DNA of 64,000 nucleotides, from positions 352,001-416,000 of the forward strand of contig CAWKHF010000002.1 of NCBI GenBank assembly GCA_963849325.1, written 5' to 3'. The stretch is from an uncultured Planctomycetota bacterium (GTDB taxonomy: Bacteria; Planctomycetota; Planctomycetia; Gemmatales; Gemmataceae). A program made the position numbers and the translations under genes. Each line of letters begins with the position of its first letter. Within the stretch, counting starts at the first letter, position 1. This document shows positions 56,691 through 64,000 of the stretch, piece by piece. The notes beneath the pieces are model-generated. The model was not told the DNA's origin, searched no databases, and saw only the letters and a program-made list of their open reading frames with translations.

Positions 56691-58490
56691 ATGTTTGGTC
56701 CTTTCAAGAAGTCCTCGCGGTTGAGCCAATGGGATGGCCGCCGTCGCTCTTCGCGCAGCGACGACTCGGTTGTCTTACCGTACCTGCTTCAGCGTGCGGT
56801 ACTGCTCCGGCTGGGAGCGGTGCTGGCGACCGTGCTCGGTGCGACCTACCTGGCCCACGACTGGGGCGGGCTGATGTCCTACCGCGTCGGCGAAGTGCGG
56901 CCCTACGATCTGCGTGCCCGCGTTTATTTCGAGGTCGAGGACGAGGAAGAGACGGCCCGCAAGCGCGACGAGGCCGTGCAGGCGCTGCCCATCGAGCAGC
57001 AGCGCGACCACCACGTCTGCGAGACGGTGCGCAAGGCCGTGCCGCAAGTGAAAAAACCATTTCCGCCCGGCACGCTGTTGGTCGAACGCAATTTCGCCAT
57101 CACCGATAGCCAATATGACTTGTTGCAGGCGGAGACCAAGGCGTTCTGGCTGACGCAGGGACACGCCCGTCGCGTCAGCCGCGGCGTGGCCATCTTCCTG
57201 GTGTTGACGCTGCTGGCGCTGCTCGTCGTCCTGTATGTGGTCCGCTTTCAGCACGGGTTGGCCTCCAGCCTGCACAAGATCGTCGGCGTTTGCGCCCTGG
57301 TGCTGTTGACGCTGGTGCTGGGCCTTTTGCTGTGCCAGGTCTGCTGGCACGCGGTCCTCGTGCCGCTGACCGTCACCGCTCTCATTCTGACTATCGCCTA
57401 CAATCCGCCGTTCGCCCTGCTGATGTCGTTGAGCCTGACGCTGGCCCTGATCGTCACGCTGGGCGGCTCGCTGAGCGACCTGCTCGTCGCCATGGGCGGC
57501 CAGGCGACGGCCATCCTCACCCTGCGCAGCGTCCGCACGCGCACGCGCCTGGTCGAGGTGGGCATCGTCGCCGGCGTGGCGTACCTGGCGATGACCGTCG
57601 CCACCGAGTTATACTCCGGCCAGACGTGGAGCCTGATCGTGACCGATTCGGCCTGGGCGCTGGCCTGGGGGACGCTGGCCGGCTTCCTGGTCAGCGGTCT
57701 GTTGCCACTGGTTGAACGCTGCTTCGCCATCGTCACCGACGTCAGCCTGGTGGAACTGGGCGACGGCTCGCATCCACTCTTGCAAGAGTTGGTACGCCGT
57801 GCCCCCGGCACCTACACGCACAGCATGACGGTGGCAACCCTGGCCGAGCCGTGTGCCGAGGCCATCGGCGCCAACCCGCTGCTGGCCCGCGTCGGCAGTT
57901 ATTTCCACGACATCGGCAAGATGCTCAAGCCGCAGTATTTCATCGAGAACCAGACCGGCGAGAATCGCCATGACGCCCTGGAGCCGGCCCTGAGCACGCT
58001 CATCATCATCGGCCACGTCAAGGACGGCGTCGCCCTGGCCGAGCAGTACCGCTTGCCGCGGCCGATCATCGACTTCATTCAGCAGCACCACGGCACGACG
58101 TTGGTGGAGTATTTCTACCGCGAAGCGCTGCGCATCCATGAGAGCCAGACCAACACGGCGGCACGTTGCGACGGCCAACCGCATCCGCTCGAACCGACCT
58201 TCCGCTATCCCGGCCCCAAGCCGCAGAGCCGCGAGAACGGCATCGTCATGCTCTCCGACGCCGTCGAAAGCTCCAGCCGTGCCCTGTCCGTGCCGACACC
58301 CGGCAGCCTGCGCAAGCTCGTCCACGATTTGCTCATGAAGCGCCTGCTCGACGGCCAATTCGAGGAGAGCGGCCTGACGCTGACGGAACTGCACGTCATC
58401 GAGGAGACGCTGTGCAAGGGGCTGATCGCGCTGTATCACTCGCGCATCAAATACCCGGAGCCGGCGACCAGCGAACGCAAGGCATCGTGA
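56691..58490 (+). CDS. 7TM HD-domain phosphohydrolase (PgpH/YqfF-like)
   Basis: Multiple TMs, APGTYTHS, YFHDIGK, YFIENQ, HHGT, FRYPGPKP, DGQF. Confidence 0.9.
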   Translation: MFGPFKKSSRLSQWDGRRRSSRSDDSVVLPYLLQRAVLLRLGAVLATVLGATYLAHDWGGLMSYRVGEVRPYDLRARVYFEVEDEEETARKRDEAVQALPIEQQRDHHVCETVRKAVPQVKKPFPPGTLLVERNFAITDSQYDLLQAETKAFWLTQGHARRVSRGVAIFLVLTLLALLVVLYVVRFQHGLASSLHKIVGVCALVLLTLVLGLLLCQVCWHAVLVPLTVTALILTIAYNPPFALLMSLSLTLALIVTLGGSLSDLLVAMGGQATAILTLRSVRTRTRLVEVGIVAGVAYLAMTVATELYSGQTWSLIVTDSAWALAWGTLAGFLVSGLLPLVERCFAIVTDVSLVELGDGSHPLLQELVRRAPGTYTHSMTVATLAEPCAEAIGANPLLARVGSYFHDIGKMLKPQYFIENQTGENRHDALEPALSTLIIIGHVKDGVALAEQYRLPRPIIDFIQQHHGTTLVEYFYREALRIHESQTNTAARCDGQPHPLEPTFRYPGPKPQSRENGIVMLSDAVESSSRALSVPTPGSLRKLVHDLLMKRLLDGQFEESGLTLTELHVIEETLCKGLIALYHSRIKYPEPATSERKAS

Positions 58491-58494
58491 CGGA

Positions 58495-58560
58495 ATCCGA
58501 GTAAGCGAAGACACGGCAACCTTCGGTTGCCGTGTCTTCGCTTACGCTTCAGGCTCGGAT
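58495..58560. repeat. REP-like family B hairpin with extended inner stem and cTTCGg loop; possible bidirectional terminator
   Basis: gtaagcgaagacacggcaac-cttcgg-ttgccgtgtcttcgcttac; the left arm lacks about 9 nt. Confidence 0.8.
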
Positions 58561-60605
58561 ATGAGCACCACCGTCGAAAATGGCACGACCGGATAGGTTG
58601 TCCCAACCTCGATTCGCGGTCCCTCATCCGGCTCGACGATGTCCAACGGCGACACCAGGGCCGTATCGACGGCGCGGCGCCATGGTCGGCCTTGCGGCGC
58701 CGGCGGAATGCGGAAGGGCAACGTCTCGATCCAGGCGTTGAAGGCCATGTAGACGTCGCGACCCGGCTCTCGGCCGGTACGCCGGCCATCGAGGGCCAGG
58801 GCGAGACTGCGACTCCAGGGCGAGAAGTCCGGTTTATACGGCACGACACCGTGCCAGATGACGTCCGATCCCCACAAAAAGCCGCGACGGCGCAGGGCGG
58901 GATGACGCTTGCGCAGGGCGATCATCTCGCGCACGAAGCGCAGGAAGCCGGCGTTGCGCTCGGCCAGCGACCAATCGAGCCACGAAATGGCATTGTCCTG
59001 GCACCAGGCGTTGTTGTTGCCGCCCTGCGTGCGCAGGAACTCGTCGCCGGCCAGCAGCATCGGCACGCCCTGCGACAGCATCAGCGTGGCGATCAAGTTG
59101 CGGGCCTGGCGCTGTCGCAGGGCGAGGACGTTCCGATCGGTCGTCGGTCCCTCGACGCCGCAGTTCCAGCTGAAATTGTCGTTGCTGCCGTCGCGCTCAT
59201 CCTCGCCGTTGGCCCGGTTGTGCTTGTCGTTGTAGGAGACAAGATCCCAGAGCGTGAAGCCGTCGTGACAGGTGACGAAATTGACCGAATGATGCGGCTG
59301 CCGGCCGGAGCGTTCGTAGAGGTCGGAGCTGCCGCACAACCGCGTCGCCAGATGGCCGACCAGGCCCGGCTCGCCTCGCCAGAAACGGCGAACGTGATCG
59401 CGGTACAGCCCGTTCCACTCCGACCAGCGCCGGCCGAATGGGAAGTGGCCCACCTGGTACAACCCCGCCGCATCCCACGGCTCGGCGATGAGCTTGGTAT
59501 CGGTCAGCACGCTCTCCTCGGCGATCATTTCGACCACCGGCGGCTCGACCAGGACGCGCCCCAGGTAATCGCGGCCCATGACCGAGGCCAGGTCGAAGCG
59601 CAAGCCATCGACGTGCATGTCGGCCACCCAGAAGCGCAGGCAGTTCATCAGCAGATTGCGGACGACCGGATGGTTGCAGTTGACCGTGTTGCCGCAGCCG
59701 GAGAAGTTCAGGTAACGCCCTTCCGGGCTGAGCATGTAGTACAGCTGGTTGTCCAGGCCGCGGAACGAGTAGGTCCGGCCGCGCTCGTCGCCCTCGCCGG
59801 TGTGGTTGAAGACGACGTCGAGGTAGACCTCGATGCCGGCGGCATGGAAGGCGCGCACCATCTCGCGGAACTCAGTCAACTGGCCGTGTTCCGTCCCCGT
59901 ACTAGCGTAGGCCGACTTGACCGCCGCGAAGGCAATGCTGTTGTAACCCCAGAAGTTGCGTAGCCGCTCTCCCGTATCCGGGTTGCGAAAGATGCAATCG
60001 CCCTCATCGAACTCGTGAATGGGCAATAGTTCGACGGCCGTGACGCCGAGCGCGTGCAGGTAGGGAATTTTCTCGACCAGCCCGGCAAAGGTGCCGGGGT
60101 GAGCGACCATCGACGACGGATGGCAGGTGAAGCCGCGCACGTGCAGCTCGTAGATGACGGTGTCTTCCAACGGCGTCAGGGGCGGGGCGTCCTCGCGCCA
60201 GCGGAATGGGCGGCGCAGGTACAGGCTGCGGCGCGACGAGAAGCGCTGGTCCGGCGGCTCGTGTACCTGGCCCCAGCGGGCGCCGTTGGACAGGGCAGTG
60301 GCCGAAGGGTCGAACAGGACAACGGACGGATCGAAGTGATGGCCGCGACCGCGAGGGCCATCGACGCGCCAGCCGTAGGCGAAGGCAGGAGGCAGGCCGG
60401 CGAGGAGGATGTGCCAGTGGTCGCCGGTGCGGTTGCGCCGCGGATGCAGCGGGACCTCGGCGAGCGGCTCGGTTCCATCCAGCGGGCAGATCACCAGGGT
60501 GACGGCCGTGCCGTTGCGGCACAACAGGGCGAAGTTGACGCCGTCGGGCAAGGCCGAGGCGCCCAGGGGCAAACACTTTCCGCGCGCGATTCGCAGGGTG
60601 AGCAT
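58542..60605 (-). CDS. glgX: Glycogen debranching enzyme / isoamylase (GH13)
   Basis: IYELHVRGFT, NFWGYN, DVVFNHTGEG, DGLRFDLAS, IAEPWD, TCHDGFTL, GNNNAWCQD. Confidence 0.96.
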   Translation of the reverse strand: MLTLRIARGKCLPLGASALPDGVNFALLCRNGTAVTLVICPLDGTEPLAEVPLHPRRNRTGDHWHILLAGLPPAFAYGWRVDGPRGRGHHFDPSVVLFDPSATALSNGARWGQVHEPPDQRFSSRRSLYLRRPFRWREDAPPLTPLEDTVIYELHVRGFTCHPSSMVAHPGTFAGLVEKIPYLHALGVTAVELLPIHEFDEGDCIFRNPDTGERLRNFWGYNSIAFAAVKSAYASTGTEHGQLTEFREMVRAFHAAGIEVYLDVVFNHTGEGDERGRTYSFRGLDNQLYYMLSPEGRYLNFSGCGNTVNCNHPVVRNLLMNCLRFWVADMHVDGLRFDLASVMGRDYLGRVLVEPPVVEMIAEESVLTDTKLIAEPWDAAGLYQVGHFPFGRRWSEWNGLYRDHVRRFWRGEPGLVGHLATRLCGSSDLYERSGRQPHHSVNFVTCHDGFTLWDLVSYNDKHNRANGEDERDGSNDNFSWNCGVEGPTTDRNVLALRQRQARNLIATLMLSQGVPMLLAGDEFLRTQGGNNNAWCQDNAISWLDWSLAERNAGFLRFVREMIALRKRHPALRRRGFLWGSDVIWHGVVPYKPDFSPWSRSLALALDGRRTGREPGRDVYMAFNAWIETLPFRIPPAPQGRPWRRAVDTALVSPLDIVEPDEGPRIEVGTTYPVVPFSTVVLISEPEA

Positions 60606-60620
60606 GGTTCCATCTTTCGA

Positions 60621-60705
60621 TCGAAACCCTCGTTTAGCCGCGACGCGCAGCGGAGCGCGAGGCTCCCGCGCTCCGCTGCGCGTCGCGGCTAAACGAGGAT
60701 TTCGA
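60621..60705. repeat. REP-like family C long hairpin in the glgX leader
   Basis: cctcgtttagccgcgacgcgcagcggagcgcg ... cgcgctccgctgcgcgtcgcggctaaacgagg. Confidence 0.92.
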
Positions 60706-61120
60706 CAGAGCAAAGCCGCTTCCAAGCCGCCACTGGCCGAATCCCGAGAATAGACCAGATGCAGGAAAGTTGGCAAGATCGATCCTCGGCGACGGTGGCG
60801 CCGATTTTCTGGAGAACTTTTCTCAAGTACGACTGGAAATTATCGCGGGGCTTGCTAGAATATTGTCGCAGGGAGAGTTGGACGCCCTCGCCTCTCTGTC
60901 CGCAGGCTTCACTTTTTTCCGCCGTCCTCTGGTGAGGATGGTCCCATTGAAGTCCGCAACTTTACTCGCATTCGCAAGGTTTACCATACGACGTGACATT
61001 GCGGAGTGCATGATCCGGAGGAGCAGGCCGCCTGCACCGCAGCGCGGGCCGTGAATCGTTGTCGTGCCTTCTTCTCCTGGCCCTGATTTTCCAAACTTGT
61101 ACGACCGGAGGACACCCATC

Positions 61121-62518
61121 ATGGCCGTCGCTCGCAGCGACGATGGATCGGGCAACTTGACCCGCCGACGCATTGTTCGCAAACCCACTGACACCGCGGT
61201 GCCAGCCCCTCAACCCGCCGCTTCCGCAAGTCCCGCTCCGGCGCGAGTCAACGCCGCCCTGCGGCTGGACGACCTGTATCGGCTGCCGATGCCCAAGCTG
61301 TTCGCCCTGGCCGAGCGCGAGGGCATCGCCGAACACACCGGTATGAACCGCGCCCAGCTGATCGTGGCCGTGGTCCGCCGCCAGGTTGAACGCGGCGAGA
61401 TCGTCCGCGGCTCCGGCACCCTCGAAGTGCTGCCCGACGGGTATGGCTTCCTGCGCAGCGCCGCCCACAATTACCTGGCCTCGCCGGAAGACATCTACGT
61501 CTCGCCCAGCCAGATCCGCCGCCTGGGCCTACGCACCGGCCTCGTTGTCGAGGGGCCGATCCGTTTGCCCATCGAGGGCCAGGAAAACTTCGCTTTGATG
61601 CAGGTCGAGGCCGTCAACGGCCATCCGCCGGAGGAGAAATCGCGGCCAACCGTCTTCGAGGACCTGACGCCGTTGCACCCTAACGGCCGGCTCGTCCTGG
61701 AGACCACTGCGGAAGAGATGTCTACCCGGATCATCGATCTGGTCACGCCGATCGGCAAGGGGCAGCGCGGCCTGATCGTCTCGCCTCCGCGCGCCGGCAA
61801 GACCGTGTTACTGCAAAAGATCGCCCTGGCCCTGAAAAAAAACCATCCCGACTGCTACCTGATCGTGCTGCTTATCGATGAGCGCCCGGAAGAAGTGACC
61901 GACATGGTACGCACTGTGGCCGGGCCGAGCGCGGAAGTCGTGGCCAGTACGTTCGATGAACCCTCTTCGGAACACGTCCACGTCAGCGACATCGCCCTGG
62001 AGAAGGCCAAGCGTCTGGTCGAAGACGGCCGCGACGTCGTCCTCCTGCTCGACTCGATCACGCGCCTGGCCCGCGCCCACAACACCGAGGCGCCCTCCGG
62101 CGGCAAGCTGCTCAGCGGCGGTCTCGATTCCAACGCCATGCAGAAGCCGAAACGTTTCTTCGGAGCGGCGCGCAACATCGAGGAGGGCGGCTCGCTGACC
62201 ATCCTGGCGACGGCGTTGATCGACACCGGCAGCCGCATGGACGAAGTCATCTTCGAGGAGTTCAAGGGCACCGGCAACATGGAGCTGCACCTGGACCGCC
62301 GACTCGTCGATAAGCGCGTCTGGCCGGCCATCGACATCAACCGCTCCGGCACGCGCAAGGAAGAGCTGCTCATGCACCCCGACGAGGTGGATCGCGTCCG
62401 CGCTCTTCGCCGTGTGCTGGCCGACATGCACCCCGTCGAGGCGATGGAGCTGGTCGTCAACCGCATGCGCAAAACGAAGTCGAATGCGGAATTTCTGCTG
62501 AGCATGAACATGAGCTGA
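61121..62518 (+). CDS. rho: Transcription termination factor Rho
   Basis: [52 protein letters not shown]. Confidence 0.97.
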   Translation: MAVARSDDGSGNLTRRRIVRKPTDTAVPAPQPAASASPAPARVNAALRLDDLYRLPMPKLFALAEREGIAEHTGMNRAQLIVAVVRRQVERGEIVRGSGTLEVLPDGYGFLRSAAHNYLASPEDIYVSPSQIRRLGLRTGLVVEGPIRLPIEGQENFALMQVEAVNGHPPEEKSRPTVFEDLTPLHPNGRLVLETTAEEMSTRIIDLVTPIGKGQRGLIVSPPRAGKTVLLQKIALALKKNHPDCYLIVLLIDERPEEVTDMVRTVAGPSAEVVASTFDEPSSEHVHVSDIALEKAKRLVEDGRDVVLLLDSITRLARAHNTEAPSGGKLLSGGLDSNAMQKPKRFFGAARNIEEGGSLTILATALIDTGSRMDEVIFEEFKGTGNMELHLDRRLVDKRVWPAIDINRSGTRKEELLMHPDEVDRVRALRRVLADMHPVEAMELVVNRMRKTKSNAEFLLSMNMS

Positions 62519-62557
62519 TTCCTTCTCGTTCAGACCTAGTGCGCGAACAAGCGATTT

Positions 62558-62620
62558 CCTTTCCGAACCTGAAGCGTAAGCGAAGAGTTTCCCTTCGCTT
62601 ACGCTTCAGGTTCGGAAAGG
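62558..62620. repeat. REP-like family B hairpin (GAACC/GGTTC variant) downstream of rho
   Basis: cctttccgaacctgaagcgtaagcgaag ... cttcgcttacgcttcaggttcggaaagg. Confidence 0.9.
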
Positions 62621-62658
62621 AAGATGGCCTTTGGAGCTTGCACTCGGAACTCGCCAAT

Positions 62659-64000
62659 ATGGATCACGGGTCGGCCTACACCGAACTGCTCCGCCGCGTG
62701 CGCGAAGGCGCTCTTCTCGAATCCTGCGCCGGCGTCCTCGGCTGGGACGAACGCACCTACATGCCGCGCAGGGCTCCGCTCATCGCGCCGAGCAGATGGC
62801 CCTCCTCGCCCGCCTGACGCATGAAATGCTGACGGATCCCGTCATCGGCGAACTGCTGGCGGCCGTCGAGGCGTCACCGCTGGTCCAGGATGCGGACAGC
62901 GACGCCGCCGCCAACGTCCGCGAGATTCGCCGCACAGTACGATCGCGCGGTGAAGCTGCCGAAAGAGCTGGTCGAGGAACTGGCCCGCGTGACGACGCGC
63001 GCTCAGCAAGTCTGGCAGGAAGCTCGGCAGGCCAACGACTTCGCCGCCTTTCAGCCGTGGCTCGGAAAAGTCGTCGCCCTGCTGCGACAGAAGGCGCAGG
63101 CCGTCGGCTACAAGGCCGTGCCTTACGACGCCCTGCTCGACGAATACGAACCGGGCGCGAACACGGCGGAAATCACGACGCTGTTCGCCGCCCTGCGCGC
63201 AGACCTTGTGCCGCTGGTGTCGGCCATCGCGGCGTCGGGCCGCCGGCCCCGGCGCGACATTCTCGAACGCGAGTATCCGGTCGAGCGGCAGAAAGAGTTC
63301 GGCCGCGGCGGCGGCCGCCAATCGGCTTCGACTTCGACGCCGGCCGGCTCGACGTGACGACGCACCCGTTTTGCAGCGGCATCGGCCCCGGCGATTGCCG
63401 CATCACCACGCGCTACAACGTCGCACCACTTCAACGAATCGTTCTTCGGCATCCTGCACGAGGCCGGCCACGGCATCTACGAGCAGGGGCTGCCCGCCGA
63501 ACATTACGGCACGCCGCTCGGCACCGCCGCGTCGCTGGGCATCCACGAATCGCAATCGCGCTTGTGGGAGAACCAGGTCGGCCGCAGGCCGGCCGTTCTG
63601 GGAACACTTCTTTCCCGCGGCGCGCCAGCTCTTCCCCGACCGCGCTGCGCGACGTGGCGCTCGACGATTTTCTCTTCGCCATCAACGACGTGCGGCCGTC
63701 GTTCATCCGCGTCGAGGCGGACGAGGCGACGTACAACATGCACATCATTTTGCGCTTCGAGCTGGAGCAGGCGTTGGTCAGCGGCGACCTGAAACCGGCC
63801 GACGTGCCCGGGGCGTGGAACGAGAAGTTCACACCAGTTCTTCGGCCTGACGCCGCCGAACGACGCCGCAGGGCTGCTTGCAGGACATCCACTGGAGCAT
63901 CGGCGGCATCGGCTATTTCCCGACTTATACGCTCGGCAATCTCTACGCCGCCCAGTTCATGGAGCAGGCCCGCCGCGACTTGGCCGACCTCGACGCCGAT
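62659..64000 (+). CDS. M32 (Taq-type) carboxypeptidase, partial and multiply frameshifted
   Basis: [54 protein letters not shown]. Confidence 0.92.

Noticed and set aside
55599-58490. Absence of ybeY after phoH-HD, and of scpA beside scpB
   Set aside because: Operon splitting is common and cannot be judged from a single window.

Overview
This is a high-GC bacterial chromosomal segment, most likely a Planctomycete (Gemmataceae-like), inferred from the DUF1501, WD40, HEAT and prenyltransferase-repeat genes and the ECF sigma/anti-sigma pair. Many genes, including essential ones, carry single-base frameshifts typical of an unpolished long-read assembly, so coordinates of split genes are reconstructed and approximate. 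The housekeeping backbone is trmB-trpA-trpB, mutM, scpB, der, cls, lpxA, rimK, purA-uppS-cdsA-phoH-HD hydrolase, glgX, rho and an M32 carboxypeptidase. Three conflict/defence-like loci are present: (i) a restriction nuclease-methyltransferase truncated just after motif I and abutting an SNF2 helicase with two nonsense codons, (ii) an ABC/AAA_21 ATPase + DUF4276 pair, and (iii) an Rpn-family nuclease with an internal Shine-Dalgarno and ATG that predicts a nested small antitoxin. The non-coding DNA is highly structured. It holds at least four REP-like palindrome families and five 'mirrored tandem-repeat' cassettes that share one architecture but use different 7- or 9-nt units, one of which is TTTAGGG. 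I found no rRNA, tRNA or CRISPR array.
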